Shown: positions 22,641 to 33,759 of the stretch, piece by piece
Layout: the number at the start of each line of letters is the position of its first letter
How positions within the stretch are numbered: the first letter of the stretch is position 1
Assembly: GCF_001194135.2 (NCBI RefSeq)
Contig: NC_068981.1
Coordinates: 162,421,266 to 162,456,400 of the forward strand
Direction: 5' to 3'
Source of the DNA: Octopus bimaculoides
Lineage: Eukaryota
Length of the DNA: 35,135 bases
The notes under the pieces: generated by a model
What the model was told of the DNA's origin: nothing
Databases searched by the model: none
Seen by the model: the letters and a program-made list of their open reading frames with translations, nothing else
Made by a program: the position numbers and the translations under genes

Positions 22641-23622
22641 GAAAATTATAAACAAAAACCTAAATGTGTGTGGGAGTTTTGATGGTTTTTATCCAGTTGA
22701 AGCCTGGAGCTGCATGTTGCTTATAATGCATTATATCTGATATGATATGATATGTTATGTTATACACACACACACACACACACACAGATATATATATAGT
22801 ACACACTAGTTTATCTTCAATGAAACCATATGAGATATAGAATGTAGATATTTCATTGGTTTGAACCAGATTATAATTAATGTTCTGAATCATCATCATC
22901 AGCTGCAGTGTCAGCATCATTTTAATGTCCTTTGACAGGTCAGATGACAATTGTTGAGGTAGGTTTTCTGAGAAAAGCAAAGCAATATTTCCCAATGGTA
23001 AAACTTTGTTTTTGCCTAATATTGGAAATGAATGACATTCATTTACAAAATCACATGATGTCACTGCAAAGAGACACAAAAATACACATGTATATATGTA
23101 TATGTGTGTGTGTGTGTGTCAGTCTGTCAGTTTGCCTGTCTCTGTGTTTTGTGTGGGTGTATGCTTGTATGTATTTATGTATATCATTATTCAGTTTTAT
23201 TTCAAAATTTCTTGCCAATAGAGAAAGAGCCAGTTTCTAGATCCAAGGCTCCTTTATTAGAATTTCAACATCAACAGCAGTGTATTTTTGTATGTATGCA
23301 TGTATGTGTACCTGCAGATTTGTATGTTTTCTTTTATGTATGTCTTCTCATGCATATTCTTGCTTATCTAGACATACTCATATATACTCAAATGATAAAC
23401 TTCTGGGAAGTTTTACAGATTTTTACAGTTCCAGTGATGNNNNNNNNNNGACACAAAAATACACATGTATATATGTATATGTGTGTGTGTGTGTGTCAGT
23501 CTGTCAGTTTGCCTGTCTCTGTGTTTTGTGTGGGTGTATGCTTGTATGTATTTATGTATATCATTATTCAGTTTTATTTCAAAATTTCTTGCCAATAGAG
23601 AAAGAGCCAGTTNNNNNNNNNN

Positions 23623-24890
23623 AATGATAAACTTCTGGGAAGTTTTACAGATTTTTACAGTTCCAGTGATGGTTTGGATCTTTAGTCTTCAACTCAACTT
23701 TCTCCTTTCTGGTTTTGAGAAGCCTAATTTCTCAAGATTGGTATTTTGGCAGTGTGTTATATATCCAGGGCCTCAATAGTTACAGGTATAAGCCTGAACT
23801 TGTAATCTGGATGGAGTAACTGCAGATTTCTCAATAGTTCAACATAAGTGTTCTTTTTTTTCACTGATCTTCAGCTTTATGTTAACATCCGCTGGGCAGC
23901 TAATTTCCACAACTGTACAGAGTTTCTCTTCTCCATCCCAAACCATTATATCAGGTCTGTTGTGCATACATTTTATTGAGGTCTTCACTGGTACATTCCA
24001 CCAGTATTCCTTTTTATTATGAGTGGCTATGGCTTCTACCATATTGTAGGTTCTTGTTTCTTTGTCCTCGGGATTATCCTTCCGACAGATTTCATTATAG
24101 AGTGTCCTAGCTACAACATCATGTCTACTCGGTAGATAATACCATGATGACATTTTTAGCAACTGCTTATGATGCGGGTGATATCTTCAGTGTGAACTTC
24201 ACAAAGTCTGCATCAGTTGTCACATTTTACAGCTTTTCCTGCATCTTTGTACCTTTTGTGCATCAGGTACTTGGTTGATATTTCCTGTTCCTGGATTACA
24301 AACGCATACCATTCAAAGTGGGAGGTAGTAATCCGGCTATTGGTCCATGATAAACTGCTTTGATGATCGATGTTACTACCATCATGGAGCTTTCTACTAA
24401 CATATCCATGCATAGTCTTGTACGTATGTATGTATGTATGTCTCCCTCCCAGCAGTCTTCCAGCATGCCAGATGACAACTGGGAGTGAGACAAGTATATA
24501 TGCATAGATTTGTATTGCTTTTGTTAAAGTAATCTCTAGGAGAAGGCTACTCTGATATAAACCAAGATAGGCAGGCAATAACATTGGACATTTTGTGAAT
24601 CTTTTGCTCATACTTGAGATCATAACACTCCCACATTCCTGGGCCTGCAACTTTTTTTGGCACTGAATATCTTGGTCTGGTCTATCGCTAAATCATGTCA
24701 ATAGAGTGGAGAGGGTCTGTAAGATGTTGTGTAAGCATTATTGGACGAAAAATTTAAGCTTGTGCAATTGCTGGAAAGGTGACTTTCTGATACCCGGTGA
24801 AATAGAAGAGCATGGAAGCTATGAGCATGAACCCAGGTGAAGCTGACCACAGATGCAACGACCTTAGGTATGGACATTGCCATCATTTTC
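23623..24890 (-). mobile_element. R4/Dong-clade (RLE) LINE, 3' half, decayed
   Basis: PRYSVPKKVAGPGM (RLY.PR..GGRG-like), CCHC knuckle CRLCEVHTEDITRIISSC, RHD motif, endonuclease NRPDIMVWD...VVEISCPAD...K, and C-terminus ending KICKTSQKFII*. Confidence 0.9.
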
Positions 24891-24944
24891 TATGGGCAAT
24901 GGTCAGTGATAATCTTCCTCAGTATTGAATGGAAAAGCACCATG

Positions 24945-25085
24945 TATGTATACAATGGGTTTCTTTCAGTTTCCCTCTACCAAACACACTAACAAGGCTT
25001 TGGCCAGCCCAAAGCTACTTGAGGTGGAACTGAACACAAAACCATATGGTAGAGAAGAAAATTTCTCAACCAAACAGCCATACCT
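24945..25085 (-). mobile_element. CORE-type SINE (partial)
   Basis: aatgggtttctttcagtttccctctaccaaacacactaacaaggctttgg...gaactgaacacaaaaccatatggt...accaaacagcca. Confidence 0.7.
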
Positions 25086-25906
25086 GTGCTTTACTGGAGA
25101 AGAGCATGAGTACGAATGTGATGGAGAAAGTAGGACGATAGGAATGAGGGGGTGGTAGCAGAGGAAGTGACAAAAAAGATAGTGATAGGTACATGGCAGT
25201 TGTTGATAAAGAGGTTGAATAGAAACATATCATGAAAGGTATGATGGGATATCAATAAAACTGGGTGATGATCAGAAAGAATAATTAAGGGATATCAATA
25301 CATATAGGGAATACTGTGTGAGAGAAGTAAATGAAGAATAATGCAAAAGAGATAGGGAGAGACCGATAGCTAGTAAGGAAGTGGGGAGTGTAGGGTGTAA
25401 CAAAAATGGAGAAGTCTAGTATCATGATAGCGGATAAGTTGTATGATATAGAATGGAATAGGGACTGATACAATGCCAAGCTCCATTGCACAGGTGGCAT
25501 GGTACAGTGAATAGCAGGGAGGGTAAAAGGTTAATGATGTAATAAAGAAAGCACAAGATGGAGAATAAATAGAAGCATGATGGATAAGATATCCAATATT
25601 AATATAGCAAACAGCTATTTTCTAGTGAAAACATTTTAGATAAAGCATGCTATATATATATATATATATATATATTTCGTTTCCGTATTTGGCTTACAAG
25701 ATTGTTGATGTGAACTCATATTTATTCAAACATACATTGTTGTATCTCAAGAGAGTCATTACACCAATAATAAACGCACGCACTGTGTGTGTGTGTGTGC
25801 ATGTGTGTGTGTGTATGTTTATTGATATAATAACCCTCCAAAGATACAACAAAATATAATATTATATATGTATATGTTTATATACTTATATATGTATATA
25901 TATATA

Positions 25907-26135
25907 GTCGTTTGAATGCTCGAAATGAGGAGTAGATAAACAACCAACAACTGATGAAGGGTCCTTTTTCTGTGTTAACTTGTCCTATTTTCCATTTTTT
26001 TCTTGTTGTTTACTTATTTCACTCGTTTGTTTATTTATTTCATTCGTTTTTTTCTTTTGTTATTACTGTCCATGTCTTGCATCTATTTCTTTTGTGTAGG
26101 TTATTTGCACTGTTGGCAATGCCCTGTACCCATAT
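25907..26135 (+). mobile_element. Single arm of the 3933-4574 family
   Basis: gaatgctcgaaatgaggagtagata...caactgatgaagggtcc...ttatttgcac...ccctgtacccatat. Confidence 0.75.
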
Positions 26136-26742
26136 ATACATGTATATATATATATGTTGTTGTACTTGGGGATGGTCAAATTGCCAGTTTAGCCAATATG
26201 TAAATGGAACATATATGTATATATATATATATATATATATAATTCAAAGAGAGGTTGTCAATCCAACCACCTAAGGGATATCATCTATCCAATATACTGC
26301 TGGTAGAATACCTAATTAATGCACAAGTGTTGGTTATTGCATGGCAATTACACTGTTAAGTATAATAATTAGGCGATGATAATAAGTGGTTTTACCATTA
26401 ATTTATATGGCAAGAAGAAAATGGTAGGAATCCAGAGGTAATATTCATCAGCTGTTAGACATTATATTATGTCTATTTATTTATTTTAAACAATTCAGAT
26501 AATATATAAATATATGTGTAAAGTACTAATAATTTCTAGAATAGAGAAAGAAGAGGAGTTTCTTAAAGCTGTTTCTGCCAAAAGGTCATAGTACCCCACA
26601 TATTATTTCCATCTTTTCAGTGTATTGTAGTAATCTGTAGATAAAATTAGGGTACTTGGGTATGCCTCTGCTTTGTCAGAGAGTTTTATAAGATAGTCCA
26701 AGAAGTTCATATGGCTAATTTATGCATATATGAATATATAAA

Positions 26743-27470
26743 CAGGTCATCCCATAAGTTCTGTCCGATTTCACCTTTTTAAAATTGAATGAAATTTAAT
26801 AGTATTTTGGAATGTCTAATGGAATTAAAAATTATTTTTATGCATTTGTGTACATTTAAACTAATTAAATATTATTTTACAGAATAATATAATTAAAATT
26901 TCTTTGATTAAAAACCCTTTCTAACATGGAAGTATCCAAAGAGGATTTGAGGCACATAATGCTTTATGAGTACAAAAAAGACAAACAGACATATGTCTGT
27001 TTGTCTTTGTTTGTCCCCTCTATGTAATGCCTGTATGGCAAAATTTATGAAATAACAAGTACAAAAAAGGAAACTCTGCAGCCAAAGCGACTCGAAACAT
27101 ACACTCAGTTTATGGGAAAGAATGCTTGAATGAAAGAACTTGCAGAAGAGCGTTTGCAAAATTCAGAAGTGGAGATTTCAGCCTTGACGATGAAGATCGA
27201 ACAGGATGTCCAGTTGAGTTTGCTGATAATCACCTTGAGGTATTACTTGAAGAAAATCCTGCATTATCAGTTGAAGAATTGGCAATAAAGCTTAGTTCAA
27301 ACCATACAACTGTTNNNNNNNNNNTGCAAAGGAGTAATTCACTTTGAATTGTTACCACCTAATGCAACAATCAATGCTCAAGTCTACTGTCAGCAATTAG
27401 AGCATTGAACCAAGCTTTGAAGTAAAAAAGACCTGCTTTAGTGAATCGAAAAGGAGTGATGTTTCATCCT
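26743..27470 (+). mobile_element. Mariner relic (Mos1/Hsmar1-like), interrupted by a gap
   Basis: KKGNSAAKATRNIHSVYG...RRAFAKFRSGDFSLDDEDRTGCP...ELAIKL; after the gap GVIHFELLPPNATINAQVYCQQL...KRPALVNRKGVMFH. Putative left TIR caggtcatcccataagtt at 26743. Confidence 0.85.
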
Positions 27471-27517
27471 GCAAAGGACAAACTCATTGTAAACCTTCAC
27501 AAGTATGATGATGATGA

Positions 27518-27549
27518 TACATACATACATACATACATACATACATACA

Positions 27550-27581
<32 letters not shown>

Positions 27582-27642
27582 CATATATACATATATACAT
27601 ATATACATATATATATAACACATACACACACACATATATATA
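27518..27642. repeat. (TACA)n/(TA)n microsatellite running into a long N gap
   Basis: Directly visible. Confidence 0.95.
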
Positions 27643-28084
27643 NNNNNNNNNNNNNNNNNNNNNNNNNNNNNNNNNNNNNNNNNNNNNNNNNNNNNNNNNN
27701 NNNNNNNNNNNNNNNNNNNNNNNNNNNNNNNNNNNNNNNNNNNNNNNNNNNNNNNNNNNNNNNNNNNNNNNNNNNNNNNNNNNNNNNNNNNNNNNNNNNN
27801 NNNNNNNNNNNNNNNNNNNNNNNNNNNNNNNNNNNNNNNNNNNNNNNNNNNNNNNNNNNNNNNNNNNNNNNNNNNNNNNNNNNNNNNNNNNNNNNNNNNN
27901 NNNNNNNNNNNNNNNNNNNNNNNNNNNNNNNNNNNNNNNNNNNNNNNNNNNNNNNNNNNNNNNNNNNNNNNNNNNNNNNNNNNNNNNNNNNNNNNNNATA
28001 TATATATATATAGATAGACAAACAGATATTTAGTACCCACCAACCACAATAGAATTGAGATCTTAAAACCAAGATGCCTTGTGA

Positions 28085-28330
28085 AAAGCATTAGTGTGGG
28101 TGCTTGCCCCAAGGAAAAAACACTGCTGATGGTGTCAAAGGAAAAATGCTCAGTATGTTTTGTAAAGTGGTTGGCATTAGGAAGGCACCCAGCCAAAGAA
28201 AGCAGGCCAAAACAGACTATAGAACTTGATGCAGTCCTTGGCCTTGCCAGTTCCTGTCATGCCATCCAACCCATGCCAGCATGGTAAACAGGCATTAAAT
28301 GTTGTTGTTGTTGTTGATGATGGTGATGAT
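28085..28330 (+). mobile_element. RTE-LINE 3' end or RTE-tailed SINE
   Basis: gttggcattaggaaggcacccagcc...ccatccaacccatgccagcatggtaaacaggcattaaat(gtt)n(gat)n. Confidence 0.7.
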
Positions 28331-28439
28331 GACATATATAGTATCTTTGACACAAATTACAACTTCAGTTTTCAACTGTCAAAATTCCCACATGGTAGCT
28401 TTTAGTTATTATTTTAGTATTTTAGTAATTTTTAGTTCA

Positions 28440-28775
28440 TTAGTTTAAATAGTTCATGAAATCTCCCATTGCCTTACTTGCACCAGTTATTGCTTTTGAA
28501 AAATAATCAATAATATTGAAAAATAACTGGACCAATGAAGTAATTATTCCTATAATTATATTGATTTCTTATCCATTAATTTCCAGTTTCCTCATATGTT
28601 TTAAGCAGTTCAGCTAGAATCCATTTTCCAACAGAGCAAACCAGTCTTGATTCTTGCTGCTAACTCACAACATTATTTCCGTATTGAAATGTTGAGTCAG
28701 TAATAATTTCAATGAATGTCCTGTATTCACTCTAGATAGACTTATTATATGGTTGCAGCAGTGATTACAATTAGT
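28440..28775 (-). repeat. Old repeat, inverted homolog of 22300-22640
   Basis: See 22300-22640. Confidence 0.6.
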
Positions 28776-28837
28776 TTCTAATGTAGTTTAGATTTTCAGT
28801 ACACACACATATATATGCATATGTATGTGTGTGTGTG

Positions 28838-28884
<47 letters not shown>

Positions 28885-28932
28885 GACAACAAAAGAAAGA
28901 GACCTCGATATTATGTAAATAGAGGAATTTAT

Positions 28933-29100
28933 CTGTAAAAATATGTGACACTTATTCGGTAGCCATGATAAAACTCCGAGTTTTCACAGGAATCTTCAAT
29001 GGCCGGATAACTGAAGAGATGTTGGCGTGGGTTCCCACCCCAGCATTCGAAACTCGCAGTTTTACCATGGCTGCTGAATAAGTGTCACACATTTTTACAT
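28933..29100. mobile_element. 168 bp element with about 52 bp inverted arms enclosing a hammerhead core
   Basis: 28933-28985 (tgtaaaaatatgtgacacttattcggtagccatgataaaactccgagttttc) is a near reverse complement of 29049-29100. Followed by (TA)n. Confidence 0.85.
29000..29073 (+). ncRNA. Type I hammerhead ribozyme motif with an intact catalytic core
   Basis: CTGAAGA at 29011-29017; stem II G-C plus ATGTTGG/CCAGCAT plus GTGG/CCAC; GAAA at 29049-29052; stem III ACT/AGT; GTT triplet at 29059-29061; bulged stem I tggccggataa/ttaccatggctg. Confidence 0.7.
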
Positions 29101-29409
29101 ATATATATATATATATATGCATATATATATAGGAGAAAAGTAAAAAGAAAACAAAGAAAATGCACATTAGATATAAAAAAAAATAAAGGCTTCTTTAAGA
29201 AAAGCAAAGATATATATACATACAATTAAATAATTTGAAATGGAATTATGATGTATAAAAATCATCTAATTGTATGTATATATCTTTGCTTTTCTTAAAA
29301 AAGCCTTTATTTTTTATATCAAATGTGCATTTTCTTTGTTTTCTTTTTACTTTTCCCCTATTTATACCACATGTAGTCTTTTTTCTTTGAAACCTATTTC
29401 TATGAGAGA

Positions 29410-29955
29410 GAGAATGGAAATGGAAATGGAAATGGAAAACAGGACAAATAAACAGAGAGAATGATCCGTCATCAGTTGTTGGCTGTCTATCTACTCCCCA
29501 TTTTGAGCAATCAATGACAATATGAGTCTAAGAAGACAGTTGCTCCCATAAATACCAAAATAAAATTTTGGATTTATGGAGGGTCAAAGTTAGGAACAAA
29601 AACACGACAGTGGAGACATACAAGGAAACCAAACAAAAACAAACATGGAAGGTGGTTAGACCAGAACAATAGGAAAATAGTGAATGCTGGGAGAAATATT
29701 TTCTTTGAAAAGAGAAAAGATAGAAGAGAGAGAAAGAAAAGATCCAGTCCATAGAACATCGTGCAGGAAAAGAAAGATGGTCACTTGTGAGCAACAAGAG
29801 AGAGAAAATGAGGAAAAGGGAGAGAGAGATAGAAAATGGTGAAGGGGGAGAAAAAGAGAATTAGAGAAGGGTGGGAGTAGAGTTTTCCTGCATATGGAAG
29901 CAACTGTCTTTGAAGACTCATATTGTCATTGAATGCTCGAAATGAGTAGACACCT
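29410..29955 (-). mobile_element. Second copy of the 3933-4574 inverted-arm element, opposite orientation, one arm truncated
   Basis: Reverse complement aligns along the middle (tttctcccagc.ttca, tctggtctaacc.ccttc, ataaatcc.aaattttattt) and the arm. An inverted partial arm lies at 29896-29950. Confidence 0.75.
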
Positions 29956-30104
29956 AGCATCATAATTTTGAAACATCTATAAAACTGTCAAAAGTTTGTT
30001 TATTTTTGTTTTTTGATTCATTATTAGTGTTGCTTAATATGTTTTTCTAAAATTGCTATTTATTTACAAATATCATCAGAAAAATGTAATTAAAATTCAT
30101 TAAA

Positions 30105-31052
30105 ATGACAGATCTATCAGACTTTCAAAGAGGTCAAATTTTTGGTGCTCGTATGGCAAGTGCTAGCATAAGGAAAACAGCTGAAATGTTTGGTGTATCA
30201 AGAAATACTGTTTTGAAAGTAATGACAGCCTTTGAGAAAGAGGGAAAAACCTCCTCATCAAAACAAAACTCCAGAAGAAAACCAAAACTTTCAGATAGGA
30301 ACTGTCAAACTCTTACGCGAATTGTTAGAAAAGATCACAAAAGGACAGCTCCCAAAATTACGGCAGAGCTTAATGACCACCTCGAGAACCCAGTTTCCAC
30401 AAAACTGTTCACCTGGAGCTGCACAAACCTGGATTTCACGGGAGGGCTCCAATCAGAAAACCACTACTTTCAAAAACAAACATTGCAAAGCATTTAGAGT
30501 GGAGTAAGGACCTACAGAATTAGTCCCTAGAGCAGTGGAAGAATGTTATTTTCTCGGACGAGTCATCCTTTACCTTATTTCCAACCACTGGCCGAGTATA
30601 TGCGTGGAGACAGCCAAAAGAAGCGTTTGATCCAGACTGCCTTCTTCCGACTGTTAAACATGGAGGAGGATCTGTGACGACTTGGGGAGCTATATCTTGG
30701 AAATCTGCCGGCCCAATGGTTTCCCTTCATGGCAAAATTAATAGTCAAGACTATTTAAGCATTTTATCTGATCAAATTCATCCTATGGTTGCAGGATTGT
30801 TTCCAGAGGGAAACACAATCTTTCAGGATGATAATGCACCAATTCACACAGCTAAAGTTGTTACTGAATGGCACAAGGAACATTCTAGTGAAGTTGAACA
30901 TTCCCCAGATCTCTGTGAAGTTAAACATTCCCACAGACCCTGATCTCAATATTTTAGAAAAACAAGTAAGGAGTCAATATCCTCCACCATCATCACAACA
31001 AGAACTGGAGACCGTTTTAGCTGAAGAATGGACAAAAATTCCTTTGCAAACA
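30105..31052 (+). mobile_element. Tc1-family (DD34E) transposase pseudogene
   Basis: Paired-like HTH MTDLSDFQRGQI...SGRK-like RRKPKL; VIFSDES; KHGGGSV..WG; FQDDNAPIH; PDLN. Frameshift near 30400, TAG at 30521-30523, and loss of the IE..W segment carrying the catalytic Glu. Runs into a gap. Confidence 0.93.
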
Positions 31053-31689
31053 NNNNNNNNNNNNNNNNNNNNNNNNNNNNNNNNNNNNNNNNNNNNNNNN
31101 NNNNNNNNNNNNNNNNNNNNNNNNNNNNNNNNNNNNNNNNNNNNNNNNNNNNNNNNNNNNNNNNNNNNNNNNNNNNNNNNNNNNNNNNNNNNNNNNNNNN
31201 NNNNNNNNNNNNNNNNNNNNNNNNNNNNNNNNNNNNNNNNNNNNNNNNNNNNNNNNNNNNNNNNNNNNNNNNNNNNNNNNNNNNNNNNNNNNNATATTTT
31301 AGAGAAGAACCACCATGGTACAACTCGCACGAAGAAGGAGATCAGACACCATCAAGAAAAGTGTACTATTCAAAACTAGTTTAAAAATCTAAAAAATCCA
31401 AGGGAGAATTTATAATACATAAAATCTATGAAATATTGGACTAAGAATTAAAATCGGTTACGTTTAAGAAACGAAAGTGGGAGAAAGACTACGCGCGTTT
31501 CATGGCCACATATCAGTGGGAAATATCTGGTCAATCTACAATGAATCGAACAAATAGATACCACCCAATATGAGGACACTCTTCAGGTTTGGTAACTTCA
31601 AAAAACGTATCTTAAATTTAAACATGCATAAAATAAGAAAAGTATAAAAATCTGTCCGTTTAGGCAACTTTTAGTACAAAGGAGATTGT

Positions 31690-31930
31690 CAAGGTTTTAT
31701 AATAAAACACATCAAATAACAATAAATATCTGTCAAATTTATGGCATAAAACCTCAATTGGGGAGATAATATCTGTAGATAAAGAAAAGGAAACATATAT
31801 AACGAAAGTGTGATTAGCTAGTAAAGGGAAAAAAGTGCAAGAATATAAGGAAAAAATGCCACATTACTTAACTGAACGAGGAAACTTGGTTGACTGAGGT
31901 ACTATCCAAAGCAAAGAAATATATTCTATG
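31690..31930 (+). mobile_element. Possible decayed PLE endonuclease C-terminus
   Basis: Frameshifted pieces KYLSNLWHK / NLNWEII / HYLTERGNL loosely parallel the LSKYIWELK / LKWEIV / LINSHDE order of the 2016-2284 fragment. Confidence 0.3.
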
Positions 31931-32039
31931 TGCATCACGTGACAAAATGGCGCCCACCACGTGATCACAAATGTCAAACTGACGTTTAGAACTAAAACAC
32001 GTGAGATACGAGACAGCATGGTGTGGAAGAAGAAAAACT

Positions 32040-33050
32040 AACGTTATTAGTAGTGCAGTATCCAACCCCTAAGTTCATACTAGAGAAGATGTCTTCATAT
32101 TTTTTATTGTCTTTAATGAATATTTCGATTATATTTAGAATTTCTTTAATAATATTTGTTTTAACCTGGTTCCCGTATGGGATTATTAACCAGGTTTTTT
32201 CGTTGTTATTTCTATTATTAGGTTTATAATTTTTATCTTTAAATGAATTATCTGTCCTTGTATTAGCTACTCTATGATTCTTATTATTGCGTTTGCATTT
32301 TTTATTAGGCTTATCTTTATTTATAATATCGTAGTTGTCTATGAGAACCTTGTGTTTCTTACCTTTATGTTTTTTTTATTATAGAAATCGTATGTGTTGT
32401 ATTTATTATTATATTCTTTTATATTAGAGGTGTATCTAGGATTATTATTAAAACATTTTATGTTATTGTTATACCCTGCCTTACGAAGTGCTTCATTATA
32501 GTAAGGTGCATGTTTCTGGAAAACTTCATAGTTAGACGAGAGTAGTGATATTCTTCTTCCTACATTGTATGTTAATGATTTTTTTAATCGTGGGTGGGTG
32601 GTTGCTCTTAGCATTGATATAATTAAGGTTTTCATTGTTTTTATGGAAAGGTTGAGTTATACCTGTTATTAAATTAAGGTTAACATCTAGATAATTAACA
32701 TTGTAGTGCTCATTATATATGGTAATGCTTAGTCCATATCTTTTTATATAATAAGTTTAGATAATTGTTCACACAACTCTATTGTAATATCTGCTTAGTT
32801 ACGACCTCGTAATAGAATATAAGTTCAGGTAGTGAGTTGCGATAGCCTTGTGTTTAATACTCTGCTAATAGATATACACTAACCTTAGTCGTATTATACT
32901 TATTGTTATAAGCCCTCGGCAGTAATTAGTCTTGCTAATAGGTAGGTCTTGATTACGCGTGGTTCGAGATAATATTAACTTTCTACTTGGAGACGCTTTA
33001 TAAGTCCACCGTAATACTACCTTGCTTCATTTTTGTCATTTTTAGTTATT
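32040..33050 (-). mobile_element. Penelope-like element remnant (RT C-terminal half, thumb and linker)
   Basis: YGLSITI..NVNYLDVNLNL...YINAKSNHP; RRISLLSSNYEVFQKHAPYYNEALRKAGY; TWLIIPYGNQVKTNIIKEILNII (IIWFNPPY...KTNIG-like). Confidence 0.85.
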
Positions 33051-33328
33051 GTATATTTTACGTACCCTTAATTACTTTTACATGTTTGCTCCCATCACGT
33101 ATTTTACTATTTTTTCCTCTACTCTTTTACATAGCAGCACTTACCTTATCATCAGTTCTTCTTAGTTTTTTTTTCACTCTTCTCCTTCCAAGCCATGCTG
33201 TCTCTTTAATACATACACACACACACATATATATAAAATACACTTTAATTGAAATAAAGTTTCCCCAAAATTAAACATATCTAATATAATAAATGTGAAT
33301 GTCAGTCTGTCACACTTTTTCAACTTTA

Positions 33329-33551
33329 ATAAATGCTTTCTACTGGAAGCACAAGGCCTCAAATTTTGGGGAAAAGGATTAAGTTGATTACATCGACCTC
33401 AGTATATAACTGGTACTAATTTCATTGACCCCAAAAGGATGAAAGGCAAAGTCGACCTCGGCAGAATATGAACTCAAAACCTAATGGCGGATGAAATACC
33501 GCTAAGCATTTCACCCAGCATGCTAACGATTCTGACAGCTCACTGCCTTGA
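33329..33551 (-). mobile_element. Meta-like SINE
   Basis: Reverse complement reads aaggcagtgagctgtcagaatcgttagcatgctgggtgaaatgcttagcggtatttc...gccgaggtcgactttgcctttcatccttttggggtcaatg. Confidence 0.85.
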
Positions 33552-33759
33552 TATTATATAATAATAATATAATATAATATAATAAATGAGTGTGTCACAC
33601 TTTTTCAACTTTACTCCTAGAGGTCATAGCCCATCATATCCGTGAGTAAATTAAAAACATTCCAGACTGAATTGGGACCTGCAATCCTGAAATTTTGGAT
33701 TCCTATGTTTTCATTACTGCGATTGTTTTATTCCTTTTATAAATTCATTGAAACAAAGG

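Noticed and set aside
25100-25600. Purine-rich stretch resembling a decayed LINE fragment
   Set aside because: No diagnostic motif could be read.
1234-28196. Numerous ORFs rich in YI, CV, HT or X runs
   Set aside because: Translations of (TA)n, (TG)n, (CA)n and (TACA)n microsatellites and N gaps.
2016-33050. Selenocysteine-encoding (Naiad-type) PLE hypothesis for in-frame TGA codons
   Set aside because: Naiads have an N-terminal endonuclease, whereas these remnants fit C-terminal-EN PLEs. Stops of all three types and frameshifts indicate ordinary decay.
38-33551. tRNA-like A/B box sequences
   Set aside because: These are SINE heads; no complete cloverleaf was found.
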